Below are positions 1-13,829 of a DNA stretch of 64,000 bases, piece by piece. The notes beneath the pieces are model-generated. The model made no database searches and was not told the DNA's origin. It saw only the letters and a program-made list of their open reading frames with translations. Source of the DNA: Malacoraja senta. Taxonomy: Eukaryota. The stretch is taken from positions 6,262,001-6,326,000 of the forward strand of contig CM075989.1 of the NCBI GenBank assembly GCA_038087875.1, given 5' to 3'. Every line of letters starts with the position of its first letter. Position 1 is the stretch's first letter. Made by a program: the position numbers and the translations under genes.

Positions 1-318
1 CTGTGCTGTATCTCTAAAGTAAAGTCTAAAGTCCATCCATTAGTTTTCTGTAACATCTGCATGAATTATAGCCATCGTCCTTTCTCAACCAAACGTGAAT
101 TGTCTCTTAATGTGTAGGAAGGAACTGCAGATGCTGGTTTACACCGAAGATAGACACAAAAGGCTGGAGTAACTCAGCGGGACAGACAGCATCTTTTTAG
201 AGTTTTAGAGTTTAGAGATACTGCTCGGAAACAGGCCCTTCGGCCCACCGGGTCCGTGCCGACCAACGATCCCCGCATATTAACACAATCCTTCACCCAC
301 TAGGGACAATCTCAGGAG

Positions 319-695
319 TAAATAATAATAATACATTTATTTGTATAGCACATTTAAAAACAACTCACGTTGACCAAAGTGCTTCACATCAGTGCAGGTA
401 CTAATTTGATACATACAACGGTAGACAGACCTAACAATACATACAGAAACTGTTTACAGCGCCCCTCACAGGGGCTCAAAAATGCTAGGGAGTAGAAATA
501 GGTTTTGAGTCGTGATTTAAAGGAGTCGATGGAGGGGGCAGTTCTGATGTGGAGCGGGATTCTGTTCCACAGTTTAGGTGCTGCAACCGCAAAAGCGCGG
601 TCGCCCCTGAGCTTAAACCTAGACCGCGGGATAGTCAGTAGCCCCAAGTCGGCCGACCTGAGGGACCTGGAGGTAGAATGGTGGGTTGGAAGATT
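319..695 (-). mobile_element. L2-clade LINE 3' fragment
   Basis: ORF 384..647 contains GDRAFAVAAPKLWN...FKSRLKTYF, typical of L2 ORF2 C-termini, and an (ATT)n tail. Confidence 0.8.
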
Positions 696-1210
696 TTTGA
701 TATAGGAATAGGTGACGCTTCGGGTGGAGACCTGTCCTCAGACACAGACATGTTTCTCTATCGCTCCATCCACGTCTACATTGGCTGACATTCCCCGATA
801 GACCATCTGCACCAATGCCTGATGTTTGGTACATTGCAGTTACTGGCAACTTGCCCAAAGCCAGCTCTGCCCTGGTAATGGGAAGGTGACAGCCAGCCAG
901 CCAGAGATTCCCCAAACTGGTTTCTCCACCGCCAGTGTGGAAGCATATGGAAGACAGGAATGAAAATGAAGCTAGTGTGAAACGCCACTCCACTCCCCCT
1001 CCGTTCCCCTTCCACTATCCAGGGGAAAATAACACCACAAAAGAAAAGACAGGTCGGGCAAATCACTAGATAGGTGGCAATCATGCTATTTACCTTCTTC
1101 ACAGTGACAGCTGGCAACGATGACTTCGACTTTGTTACAGAGAAACCTTTCCCGACATTGAAACTTGGGTTTGTGAAACCCACCTGACACAGTCAGTCTT
1201 TAATAAGAAT

Positions 1211-1506
1211 GGGCGGCACAGTGGCACAGCGGTGGAGTTGCTGCTTTACAGCACCAGTGACCCTGGGTTTGATCCTGACTAAGGGTCCTGTCTATACGGA
1301 GTTTGTACGTTCTCCCTGTGACCGTGTGAATTTTCTCCAGGTGCTCCGGTTTCCCCCTCACACTCCGAAAAGTTACATGTTTGTAAGCCAATTGGCATTA
1401 ATAAATTATAAATTGTCCCTAGTGTGCAGGGTAAGCTAGTATATTGGGATCCCTGTTCGGCGCGGACTGGGTGGGCCGAAGGACTGTATCTCTAAAGTCT
1501 AAAGAC
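1211..1506 (+). mobile_element. HE1-type tRNA-derived V-SINE
   Basis: Pol III A/B boxes (tggcacagcgg, gtttgatcc), central gtggagtttg..gttctccc domain, and a CR1-like tail. Dozens of copies occur in the window. Confidence 0.85.
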
Positions 1507-1580
1507 TATATGACCGGAAAATATTTTTCACAAAGCCACTGGGAACAAGTCAGAATACTAAATACTGATATGACCTTTAA

Positions 1581-1820
1581 TAGAAGGTAGACAAAAATGC
1601 TGGAGAAACTCAGCGGGTGAGGCAGCATGTACGGAGCGAAGGAATAGGTGATGTTTCGGGTCGAGACCCTTCTTCCAAAACGTCACCTATTCCTTTGCTC
1701 CATAGAAGGGCCTCAACCCGAAACGTCACCTATTCCTCGCTCCATAGATGCTGCCTCACCCGCTGAGTTTCTCCAGCACCTTCGACTTTTCCAGCATACA
1801 CAGTTCTTTCTTAAACATTT
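1581..1820 (+). mobile_element. Short fold-back Penelope-derived insert
   Basis: Inverted arms gctggagaaactcagcggg and cccgctgagtttctccagc, flanked by the duplication tgacctttaa (1571-1580 and 1821-1830). Confidence 0.75.
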
Positions 1821-1851
1821 TGACCTTTAAAGCTGTCAATGCAATGAAGAC

Positions 1852-2475
1852 CAAGATTCAAGATTCAAGAGAATTTATTGTCATGTGTCCCTGATAGGAC
1901 AATGAAATTCTTGCTTTGCTTCAGCACAACAGAACACAGTAGGCATTGACTACAAAACAGATCAGTGTGTCCATATACCATTATATAAATATATACACAC
2001 ATGAATAAATAAACTGATCAAGTGCAAATAACAGATAATGGGCTATTAATGTTCATAGTTTTGTCCGAGCCAAGTTTAATAGCCTGATGGCCGTGAGGAA
2101 GTAGCTATTCCTGAACCTGGTCGTTGCAGTCTTCAGGCTCCTGTACCTTCTACCTGAAGGTAGCGGGGAGATGAGTGCGTGGCCAGGATGGTGTGGGTCC
2201 TTGATGATGCTGCCAGCCTTTTTGAGGCAGCAACTGTGATAGATCCCCTCGATGGAAGGGAGGTCAGAGCCAATGATGGACTGGGCAGTGTTTACTACTT
2301 TTTGTAATCTTTTCTTTTCCAGGGCGTTCAAGTTGCCGAACCAAACCACGATGCAACCGGTCAGCATGCTCTCTACTGTGCGCCTGTAGAAGTTAGAGAG
2401 AGTCCTCCTTGACAAACCGACTCTCCGTAATCTTCTCAGGAAGTAGAGGCGCTGATGTGCTTTCTTAATAATTGC
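1852..2475 (-). mobile_element. Rex1/Babar-type LINE 3' fragment
   Basis: ORF 2053..2526 contains KKAHQRLYFLRRLRR...ESMLTGCIVVWFGN...HPGH...LPSGRRYRS...AIRLLN, and a (tcttgaa)n tail. Confidence 0.85.
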
Positions 2476-5400
2476 ACCAAGTGCTATTAGATAATAAGTC
2501 TTGTACATAACAGAGTTTATATACATTTCTCAGACAGAAGAAAGCTGTCATACAGATTCTGGACAGAGCAAAGATTAATTCAGGGCAGTCACACTTTGGA
2601 GCACTTCAACTACTCATCCATGCCACTTTGAAATGATGTGATAACTGTGCGACATTATCTCTGTGGCTTTCATGAAACACATCAGTGGGAAGGGCCATAG
2701 ATCCCAGTGCTCATCTTCTCAGGGGTAACTGATGAAGGGCAATAAACCTTTTGTCTTTCCCACACACCCCACTTCCCAAAAGGGTGCCTCGTTTTGGTTT
2801 AATTCCGATACACAATCAGAGATCCGCTGTCAGACAGAGCAAGAGAATGGAAGGAAAATAAAAGATAAATAACTTACTTTGCACAGATAGAAGGATTGCT
2901 TGAAAGGCTGATAAGGAAAAATTCATTAGCAATTTTCGGAATGGAATCTGATATGAACATAGAACATAGAACAGTACAGAAGATAGACACAAAAAGCTGG
3001 AGTAACTCAGCGGGACAGGCAGCATCTCTGGAGAGAAGGAATGGGTGACGTTTCGGGTCGAGACGTCTGAAGAAGTCTCTCCAGGGATGCTGCCTGTCCC
3101 GCTGAGTTACTCCAGATTTTTGTGTCTATCTTCGGCTTACAACAGCATCTGCAGTTCCTTCCTACATAGAGCAGTACAGCACAGGAATGACTCAATGTTT
3201 GTGTCATACATGATCTCATCGGCCATACATGATCCATATCACTCTATTCCTTGCACTTCCAAGTACCTATCTAAAAGCCTCTTGAATGCCAGTATGATAT
3301 CTGCCTCCACCACCAGCCCTGGGCAATGCGTTCAAGCACCCCGCCATTCTCGATGGGCCGAATGGCCTACTCGTGCACCTATTGTCTATTGTCTAAACAC
3401 TTGCACCGCACATCTCCATTAAACTTTCCCCCTCTCACCGTATAGTTATGCCCTCTAGTTTTGGACGTTTCCACCTTCGGAAAAAAAGGTTTTGACTGTC
3501 TACCCTATCTATGCCTCATAAATATGGAAGTGGATTCCGAAAAGAGAGAGTTTAGTTTAGTTTAGTTTTAGAGATACAGCGAGAAAACAGGCCCTTCGGC
3601 CCACTGAGTCCGCGCCGCCCAGCGATCCCCGCGCACGAACACTATCCGACACACTAGGGACAATTTAAACTTATACCAAGCCAATGAGCCTACAAACCTG
3701 TACGTCTTTGGAGTGTGGAGAAAACCGAGCCCCAGAGAAAACGCAGGCGGTCACAGGGAGAGCATACAAACTCATAGAGACAGCACCCATAGAGAGGATC
3801 GAACCTGGGTCTCTACCGCTGCACCACCCTGCCGCCCCCTTTGTACCTTGGCAGGATTTGAGCAAGTGTCCAGGAATTAAACGGTGGTTCCTTCAGGGAA
3901 TGGCCCAGTCCGACACAATGGGATTGCATAATCCTATATACTCACTGCAATTAATAGAATTGCTACCAGGAACCGCATCCCCCCAGTGCCTCATAGTAGG
4001 CTGCCCCCTGCCAATGAGTCTGGCACTCCACAGGTCTACGCAACCTTTGTTCCAGTCGGGCGGCAGTAGTCTCTTGTTACTGATGGCAGTATTCACCAAC
4101 CCAGCTTCCGCATCTGCCCCTTGTGACAGATTGTGTAACAAAGGTCTCCAGAGGGGAGAGAGAGTTGTCACCTGCCCGCCTGCCTGTCCTTCGTCAATGT
4201 CTTTCTTGCAGTGGTCCAGGTTATTGTGGTCGAACACAGAGTCCAGCATTTTGTGCCTATCTAAAGGGAGTCTTGCTCTGTTGCTGGGCTTGACGTGGAG
4301 GTGTTAGACGTTGGGGTTTGTCCCATGTGAAAACAGGACATTCCATCCCTGATCCCTCCTGTCCTAAGGCTTCACAATGGTGCAGCGGGTATAGCCATAG
4401 GCCCTCACAGCGCAGGGACCCCGGTTCGATCCTGACCTCGGGTGCGGAGTTTCCACCTTTTCCCTGTGACCATGTAGGCTTCCTTCAGTTACTCTGGTTT
4501 CCTTTCATAGGTTAACTGACCACTGTAAACCTAGAGTGCCTGTGAGGAACGGGGTACTGATTGTAGATGATCAGCCATGATCACAGTGAATGGTGGTGCT
4601 GGCTCGAAGGGCCGAATGGCCTACTCCTGCACCTGCTGTCGATTGTCTATTGAGTGTAGAGTCTAAGGGGAGTTGGTGACAATGTGGAGAGATAAACTTA
4701 GATTAGATTAATGTAAATGGCAGGTTGATGGTCAGCATAGACCCGGTGGGCCGAAGGGCCTGTTCCTGTGCTGTATCTCTATGACTAATGACTCTGTTGT
4801 GATAAAAAACAAAGACACCAGTGTGCTGGACACAGCAGCATCTCTGGAGAATATCTCATTATTAAGGGCAGCGCAGTGGTGCAGCTGGTAGCGGAGACAG
4901 CAGCAGAGACAACCCAGAGACAGCCCTCACAGTTTCTGTCCTCAGGCACTGTCTGTGTGGAGTTTGCATGTCCTCCCTGTGACTACATGGGTTTCTTCTG
5001 GGTGCTCCAGCTTCCTCCTACATCGTAGACGTGTGGGCTTGTAGGTAAATTATGCCCGAGTAGATGCAAATGTGAGATAACATAGAATTCAGGTGAACGG
5101 GTGATACCTGTTTCCATACTGTATCTACCAATTGCAATTCAAAAACCATGGTGTGATAATGACTCCAGCAGAAATTTTCCATTCCAGGCAACAGAAGTCA
5201 TCTCTGGTCTGGTATGAGTTTATGTTATGGGGAAGAAAGCAGATGAATGATCTTTCACCAGAACGATTTATTTTAATGTTCATATTCATCATAGGATCAC
5301 AATTCGGCCATTCAGCCCATCAAGCCTTCCCCACCATTCCATCACGGCTGATCTATCTTTCCCTCTCAACCCCATTCTCCTGCCATTTCCCCATAACCTC

Positions 5401-5617
5401 TGACACCCGTATTACTCAAGAACCTATCAATCTCCACTTTAAAAACACCCAATGACTTGACCCTCCTCCACAGTCGTTTAGTTTAGTTTTGTTTAGAGAT
5501 ACTGCGCAGAAACAGGCCCTTTGGCCACCCAGTCTGCACTGACCAGCGATCACCCCGTACACTAACACTACTGCACAATTTACAATTATAATAAGTCAAT
5601 GAACAGCAGCCTCTTAA

Positions 5618-6035
5618 GTGTGCCGGCATCTTACACGCATCTGCACCAGCATCTTACACGCATGTGCACCAGCATCATACATGCATGTGCACCAGCATCC
5701 TACATGCATGTGCACCAGCATCTTACACACATGTGCACCAGCATCTTATTCGCATGTGCAACCAACATCTTACACGGATGTGCACCAGCATCTTACACGC
5801 ATGTGCACCAGCATCTTACACGCATGTGCACCTGCATCTTACACGCATGTGCACCAGCATCTTACACGCATGTGCACCAGCATCTTATTCGCATGTGCAC
5901 CAACATCTTACACGGATGTGCACCAGCATCTTACACGCATGTGCACCAGCATCTTACACGCATGTGCACCTGCATCTTACACGCATGTGCACCAGCATCT
6001 TACACGCATGTGCACCAGCATCTTACACGCATGCA
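5618..6035. repeat. 23-bp minisatellite (tgtgcaccagcatcttacacgca), about 18 copies
   Basis: Directly visible tandem array. It yields a 23-aa periodic translation in all three + frames. Confidence 0.95.
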
Positions 6036-6726
6036 CGCTGGCATCTACCAACCAGGAACATCACGGACACACGTGAGCGCGGTAGATTGGGTACGCGGGA
6101 CTTGTGTGGGACTCGGCCGGGGCAGAGTTTGTAAGGCTGCAGCCATTTTATGTTAGTCATCATCATTATCATCGTTGATAACATCAGCGGGCACGGTGCC
6201 TGTGTTCGACAGTGATCGCAACTTCTACTGAAGTGTGGATGGCCGTTGGCTCGCTCGAAGCTCATCCACCCTTTGACAGGTCTTGTTTTTGCTCCTGCTG
6301 GGGGTCCACAGCCCCTTCCTCACCTGGCAAACCAGGTTTAGTCGCCGACTATCCGACCATGGAGCAGGTAGCACGGGATTACATGGTACCCGTGGTGGGT
6401 GGAACTCCCCCGACCTGACCCGTTTATGTTAGTGAGGGTGATGTACCATGTTTTAAGTTAATTAGTCAATTCCTGTTTAATTACTTACACCATTGATGTT
6501 ATTGTTTCCGTGCATTACTTGTCAGGATTTATAGCATTAGTTAGCTGAGAGCACCTAGCATGTTGCTGGCAGGTGTGAATGTTTGGGACCAGGCCAATGT
6601 TGGTCTTTGGCCCATGATGAATCTACCACTCTATGATTTCCGATCCATTTTTGGGATAAGTATAAGGTGGGGCTTGGAGACGTAACTAAGCCAGCGTCTA
6701 TTGCAGACCATTGCACGGTTTCCTAC

Positions 6727-7030
6727 TTTAGTTTAGGTTAGAGATACAGCACGGAAACAGGCCCTTCGGCCCACCGATTCCGCACCTACCAGTGATCCCC
6801 ACACACTAACACTAGCCACACTGGGGACAATTTTACATTTTGTACCAACCTACAAACCAGTACGTCTTTGGAGTGTGGGAGGAAACCGAAGTTCGCAGAA
6901 AAAACCCACGGAAGTCACGGGGAGAACGTGCAGACTCCACACAGACAAGCACACGCAGCCAGGGTCGCCAAACCCCATGCAGACACGCACCCGCTGCTGT
7001 AAGGCAAGAAACTCCACCACTGCACCACTG
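6727..7030 (-). mobile_element. HE1-type V-SINE
   Basis: Reverse-complement copy with a (ctaaa)n tail. Confidence 0.8.
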
Positions 7031-9502
7031 TGGGACCTAATGGGAAGAACCATCATTCAGAATGCCTCCCTGAGGAACAACTTGTTCTGGGGGGGGGGGG
7101 GGGGAGTTCCATAACCCAGAGAGACAGGTGCGTATTTAATAGTGAGAAACAGATGGAGAAAGCAGTGTCAGGAAATGGGCTCTGCAGTATCCTCTTGGAA
7201 TTGTGGTTATGAGTTGGCCTTCACTTCTGAGACCTGAAACCACAGCGAACCCAGATGGATGAGAGAAAAGAGTCCGCAAGGGTTTTATATGAAATTGGTT
7301 CAAGCAAGCTCAGTCTAGTTCCTCTAGCCACAGCGATTATTAACTGCTCCAAGTACAGTTGTAATTGCAAATCCACACTGAGGAGATCTTAATTGAAGAT
7401 TAGCGATGGAGGCTGTGGAGGCCAAGTCAATGGGTATTTTTAAGGCAGAGATAGATAGATAGATTCTTGGTTAGAACGGGTTGTCAGCAGTTATGGGGAG
7501 AAGACAGGATATCAAGATAGATCAGCCATCATTGAATGGCGGAGTAACAATGGGCCAAATGGCCTAAATCTGCTGCTCTATCACTTATGACATATGAAGC
7601 AATGTAGGAACTATTTGCCACATCTAGCTGTGCTCTATCAACCCTTGGAACATTTGGTTGGGCAGAACGTACTCATGGAGTCACAGAGACATGCAGCGTG
7701 GATACAGGCTCTTCAGCCCAATTTGCCCATGCCAACCAACATGCATTGATACTGGACCCACCGGCTAGTGTTTGACCCACATCCCTCTAAACCTCCAAAC
7801 CCATCCTATCCATGGACCAGTCTAAACGTTGCATAAGCATTCTGATAGTACCTGCCTCAACCACTCCTCCAGCAACTCGTTCCATACGCCCACCACCCAC
7901 AAAGTTGCCCCTCAGGTTCCTATCAAAGCTTTCTTCCCTCTCATACAAAAGGGCGGCATGGTGGCACAGCGGTAGAGTTGCTGACCCACATCCCTCTAAA
8001 CCCAAGTGGGACATGCCTTAACACCAGATAGCGGCACAACCAGATGCCATCTACGCAAGGCAGCAATAATAATAGATAGCAATAGTTAGTAAAACATTGG
8101 TCAGTTACCAAAGTTAATCAATAGTTAGCAAAAATACTGGTCAGTAACCAACGTTAGATAGTTACCACACAGTTAGCTCCAACCCTTGGTAAAAGTAACA
8201 CTAATGGACACTAACATCAGAAAGAGAATGACAACAATATGCTGCAGACATGACAGAAATCAGCCTCTAGCAGTCACTAGCTGGACACAAAATACTGGAG
8301 TAACTCAGCGGGTGAGGCAGCATCTCTAGAGAACATGGATAGAGGATGTTTTGGATTAGGACCTTTCTTCCCATCCCAAACCTCAGATGTTCCTGATCCA
8401 CGAGTTACTCCAGCATTTTGTGTTGGGTGGGGTGGGGGGGGGGGGGTTGTAAACCAGCATCTGCAGATCTTTGATTCGACACAGTCCATCCAGTGTAAGG
8501 TCCCTTCTAGTACTGCCTGCTGCTTAACAAAGGTCGTAGACACAAGGGATTGCAGATAAAATGTGGAGGAAGGAACTTCAGACGCTGGTTTACACTGAAG
8601 ATAGACACGAAATGCTGGAGTAACTCAGCGGGTCTGGCAGCATCTCTGGAGAACGTGGATAGGTGACATACAGGCAGCTCCTGTGGAGAACATGGACAGG
8701 TGATGTTTCGGGTCAGGGCCCTTCTTCAGGGTGATTGTGGTTGGATGGAGAAAGCTGGAAGGGTTCGTGTTTATAGAAGTGGCTGCTGGACAACAATGTG
8801 TAAGGAAGAACTGCAGATGCTGGCTAAAATCGAAGGTAGATACAAAATGCTGGAGTAACTCAGCGGGACAGGCAGCATCTCTGGGTAGGTGATGTCCAGA
8901 AGTCTGCAACGCCACCCATCCCTTCTCTCCAGAGACGCTGCCTGTCCCGCTGAGTTACTCCAGCATTTTGCGCCTATCTTCGGGGGGGTAAGCAGCCTCT
9001 CTGCAGTTCCTTCCTCCAGCCTGGAGCTCACGGCAGCCGTGTGCCTTGAAGTGTCTCCAGGCAGCGGCTCCTCTAGGTGGGGAAACGCTGCTAGCTTCTC
9101 TCTGTCTCTCTCTGTCTGTCTCTCTCTCTGCCGCCGCTCGCCAGCACCTCCCCGACCACCGACCCTCCTCAACGCTGACATGTGCGGCACAAGTCACCAC
9201 CTTCTGCGCAAACCCCGCCAACCCCAGTGACAAGCGGTACTTATTGCATTGTGAGAAGGCATTAGCCGGCGCGAACCTTCTTCGCTCACACAAGCTGGGC
9301 GCCGGTGCCAGCGTTTTCATGGTGATCATTCTGCCCCGGGTTAACTCCAGTGGTTCAGTTTCCCACCTCCCTCACTCACACCCAACACTGTCCACAAATC
9401 CTCCCCTAATGTTTAGATCCGTCTCCCCCCCACTCTCTCTCTCTCTCTCTCCCGACAGTGCAGAGCCGAGAATGCATCCTCTGGTCCACATCGCCCCTTT
9501 GA

Positions 9503-9505
<3 letters not shown>

Positions 9506-9532
<27 letters not shown>
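9506..9532. repeat. (CAG)9 trinucleotide repeat
   Basis: Directly visible. Confidence 0.95.
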
Positions 9533-9534
<2 letters not shown>

Positions 9535-9646
9535 CAACGTTGCAATTCAATGGTTCTCTTGCCCGGTGTGTTACTGGGGCTGCGACTTCCCACGTCCCAT
9601 CCTTCTCAGTTGATGAGACATTCCGTGGTGTTGGATCGCATTCCCA

Positions 9647-9701
9647 GTGTGTGTGTGTGTGTGTGTGTGAGAGAGTGAGAGAGCCGTTCTCTCTCTCTCT
9701 C

Positions 9702-9770
<69 letters not shown>
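9647..9770. repeat. (GT)n followed by (CT)n microsatellites
   Basis: Directly visible. Confidence 0.95.
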
Positions 9771-10166
9771 TACACACCCCCCCCCCGCTCTCTGCATTTT
9801 AACGAACCTCTTAACACGTGGATATTGTTGAAACTCTCTCTCTCTCTCCATTTCACTGCCGTTTCCATGTCACAGGCAGTGTCTAAAAACAACCCCCTCC
9901 CAAAAGCATCCAATACCGGGACCCTGATGGACCCTACATTGACCAGATAAGGGACGCACTTGTGTGTGAGTGTGTGTGTGTGTGTGAGTGTGAGTGTGTG
10001 TGTGTGTGAGTGTGTGTAGAAGCCTTCTGATAGATACACGGCCAGGAAGAGGAGAGGAAAGAGGGGGACCACAAGAAGAGATAATCTCATTAAGACCAGC
10101 TTGTTTTGCCTCAACCCAAGTGTCTGGGCCATCCATTACCAGATCCTACCCGGGCTACAGATTTAC

Positions 10167-10180
10167 ATGCCGCAGCCAAG
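10167..10180 (+). CDS. RGMA: RGMA coding exon 1 (MPQP-R, 14 nt, phase-2 donor)
   Basis: ATGCCGCAGCCAAG is followed by a strong donor GTAAGC at 10181. It resembles the 14-nt MQPPR first coding exon of mammalian RGMA as I recall it. The phase joins exon 2 in frame, and it lies in a TE-free region. Confidence 0.82.
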
Positions 10181-11061
10181 GTAAGCAAAAACCAGAGAAG
10201 CGCCGCATGTTCACTGCCACCTGAAGCCAAACGCGGCAGAATGAATGTCTACACGCGATTGCAGTGGGGTGATTGCAACTGTAAATTGCTATTGCGATGG
10301 TAAAAACCGAAGTGCTTCTTTCTAATCGCCGCCTGCGCTCACAGACAAGATAGATTTCGATATCTTTGCGTGAATTTCGCTGGAACTGCCAATCACTTTT
10401 AGTGTGTATATAATTAGGTCCAGACTTTTCAGTCGCGATTTCTGCTTTAATCTTTAGCGTGTGTTAGTGGTTTTTTTTAAATCTTGTGTGTGTGGCATTA
10501 AGTTTTTTTCCCCCATCCCCTTATTTGTATTTGTTTGCATTCTCTCTCCTACCGCGGCGAAGTTGCATCTTGGCAGGAAAACTCCTCGGTGCAAGTAAAC
10601 GATTGCACCCTTTAATACCTTTAGTTACAGTCACGGAAAGATGCGATTTGGTTTTTTTTTTAATGGTTTAAGTAAGTAAACGACCCGGCGGTTACAGATG
10701 CAAAAACTGCAATTTAAAAAAACAAGTGTCGTTGCATAATTTCGCCGACTTGGTTAAATCCTCATTGGATTTCAATCTATTAATACAATTACAAGCTGCA
10801 GCGAGACTTTTGGACACATCACACGTACGAAACTTTGATCTCAATGTAAATTAGCGCAGATGAAATTTGTAAATCGCCCGAAGGCTCTGCCTGCGATTAT
10901 TATCTCCAGAATAGGATAATCAGGCTGTTTAGTGTTTGTAGTAGAATGCATTTTTTGTGGTTTGCAGGCTGCATATTAAGGGGGTGGCGATGTTTTGATT
11001 ACTGCCTGAATCTTATAATTGCTGCAGTGATCATATTAGGCTGGCTCTCCGGATAGACTCT

Positions 11062-11100
<39 letters not shown>

Positions 11101-11286
11101 CCTCCCTCCCTCCCCACCCACCATTCCTTGTAGCAATGTAACCAGGATAGATTGACATACGGTGTGGGGAGGGAGAGAGTGTGGTCGAAGCAGTCAGTTA
11201 TTTACGCCGCTCTCGGAGACTAACAGCGACACCTTACGGGAGACGGGATAGAACGAGGGGAGATAGACACAGAGTAGCTGGAGTAA

Positions 11287-11605
11287 AGGGCCTGTCCCAC
11301 TTTCGCGACCTTTACAGGCGACTGCCGGCACCCGTGATAGGTCGACATGTTGAAAATTCAGCGGCGACCAGAAAGACGCTACGACCCTTTGGAGACCTCT
11401 CACGACCATAGGGGAGACCTCTCCCCACCATAGGGGAGACCTGTCACGACCATACAGGCGCCCCCTGGCGACACGTCGCAGGTGACCTCTCACGACCATA
11501 GGAGACCTCTCACGACCATGAGAGGTCTCCAAAGAGTCGTAGCGTCTTTCTGGTCGCCGGGTACAGGCAGTCGCCTGTAAAGGTCGCGTAAGTGGGACAG
11601 GCCCT
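11287..11605. mobile_element. PIF/Harbinger-like MITE
   Basis: TIR AGGGCCTGTCCCACTT...AAGTGGGACAGGCCCT, TAA on both sides, palindromic interior. Confidence 0.85.
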
Positions 11606-13829
11606 TAACTCAACGGGTCGGGCAGCATTTCTGGAGAAAAAGGGTGGCTGGCGTTTCGTGTCGGAACCCTTCCTCGGACTGAAAGTAAAGGGGAGGGAAC
11701 TGGAGGAACGAAAATGCCTGAACACCAATACCCATCCTTTTTCTCCAGAGATGCTGCCTGACTCGTTGAGTAACTCCAGCACTTTGTGTCTATCTTCGGT
11801 ATAAACCACCATCTGCACTTCCTTCCTACACACTGGAACGAGAGGGCTGGGATTCACTCTGCCCTGAGAAATGTTGGCAGCCAGAAACGAGGGAACTGCA
11901 GGTGCTGGAGTCCTGAGCAAAACACAAAGTGCCGGAGGAATTCAGCGGATGGTAGCATCTGCGTCGGGAAGACAGACACAAAATGCTGGAGTAACTAAGC
12001 GAGACAGGCAGCATCTCTGGAGAGAAGGAATGGGTGAGGTTTCAGGTCGAGACCCTTCTTCTGAGATGCTGCCTGTCCCGCTGAGTTACTCCAGCATTTT
12101 GTGTCTTTTTTCGGTTTAAACCAGCATCTGCAGTTCCTTCCTACACACAGCACCTGTGTAGGGAATGGACAGATGATGTTTTGGGTCAGGACCCTTCTTC
12201 AGGCTCAGTATAGGGAGTGAACCACTTGATCCCTCCAGCCATTGAGTCCTAGAGTCATACAGCATGGAAACAGGCCGCTCGGCCCAACTTGCCCATGCCG
12301 ACCAAGCTGCCCCTTCTAAACTAGTTCCACATGCCCACGTTTAACCCATACCCCTCTAAAAGGCTCCTATCCATGTGCCAGACAAGAAGTCTTTCAATTG
12401 TTTAGATAGGAACTGCAGATGCTGATATATACTGAAGATAGACACAAAGTGCTGGAGTAACTCAGCGGGTCAGGCAGCATCTCTGGAGAAAAAGGATGGG
12501 TCCCGATTCAGGACCTGATCCGAAACCATCACCCATCCTTTTTTGAATTGGAGTTACTCCAGTGCTTTGTGTCTATCTTCTTTTAATTGTTGTTATAGTG
12601 CCAGCCTTAAATGCCTCCTCTGGCAGCAGGTTCCATATACCCACCACCCTCTGTGTGAAGCAGCGGCCCCTGAGGTTCCTCTTACATTTTCCCCTCTCAC
12701 CTATCTCCTCTGGTTCTTGATTCCCATTCATCACAGCTGATCTTCTACCTCAGCACCATTTTCCAGCTCTATCCCTCCCCACACATATCACTACCTTCCC
12801 TTCAGATGCAGAAACCTATTATACTGTAATACCGTCTTTTGAGTGTTAGAACCTCTTCCAGAACCGCTTCCCATTGCCGTTCCAATTGTCCTCTTCTTAT
12901 TCCGAGATTATAGACAATAGGTGCAGAAGTAAGCCATTCGGCCCTTCGAGCCAGCATCACCATTCAATGTGATCATGGCTGATCATTTTCAATCAGTACC
13001 CCATTCCTGCCTTCTCCCCATATCCCCTGACTCCGCTATCTTTAAGAGCCCTATCTAGTGTTCTCTTATGACCTCTGGTTCTAGATTATTGGTCATGGGA
13101 AGAATCCTCACTCTCTCTGGCCAAGAAACAGGCCCTTCGGCCCACCGAGTCAATGCCAACCATCGATCATATGTTCACACTAGTTCTACCATCCCAGGTT
13201 CACATTCGCTGCCGACACACTAGGGGCAATTTGCAATGGCCCAATTAGCCCACAAACACATGCATCTCCGGGACGTGGGTGCAAACCCACATGGTCACTG
13301 GGATAAATGTGCAAACTCCACACGGACAGCGCCCGAGGTTGGGATCGAACCCTGGTCTCTGGTGCAGTCAGGCTGCGGCTCTACCAGCTGTGCCACTGTA
13401 CGTCCTGCCCCCCTACCCCTCCCCCTCGATGTTCCATGAGGTTTATTCTTGTCAGTCTAACCACGCTTAGCTTTGCCTAGGCAACAGCTGGGAATGAATT
13501 CCGTGCTGTTTTCTGCGCTGTTTCTGACACATGATAAAACTCAATCGAAATCCAAAAGATCATTTCAGGTTTCGCATTATGTGCTTGTTGTTCCCACCCT
13601 GGGTGACTGGGGCATAATTAGGGGAATATATGTGTCATATTGATGCAGACCGTTTAATCAAATATTCACCCATTAACCAAATGCATTGTGAATGAACAGA
13701 AGCAGAAATATTTAAACGGTGGACTTGAGGCAATTGAACAGTCTAGAACATTGTGGGACAAACTTGGGACCTTGTGATATTGCATTCTTGTCTGCTTTTA
13801 GGTAAATCTATAAAGTTAAAACTGCTTTA

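Larger units (their letters stand above)
9030..10166 (+). promoter_or_regulatory. Probable RGMA promoter / 5' UTR region
   Basis: TE-free, CpG-retaining stretch directly upstream of exon 1, with (CAG)9, (GT)n and (CT)n tracts. The transcription start cannot be placed from sequence. Confidence 0.55.

Noticed and set aside
776..1183. 135-aa minus-strand ORF in unique sequence
   Set aside because: No recognisable domain or convincing exon structure, so it cannot be supported as coding.
3684..4307. 207-aa plus and 118-aa minus ORFs
   Set aside because: The plus ORF begins in a SINE, and neither resembles a family I recognise.
5599..6156. His/Cys-rich repetitive ORFs or CRISPR-like array
   Set aside because: Head-to-tail 23-bp minisatellite with no unique spacers in a eukaryotic context. 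The ORFs are a by-product of a stop-free unit.
7773..8002. 21-bp direct repeat tgacccacatccctctaaacc as an LTR or att-like site
   Set aside because: It is part of a CR1 tail and is better explained as a local duplication among TE fragments.
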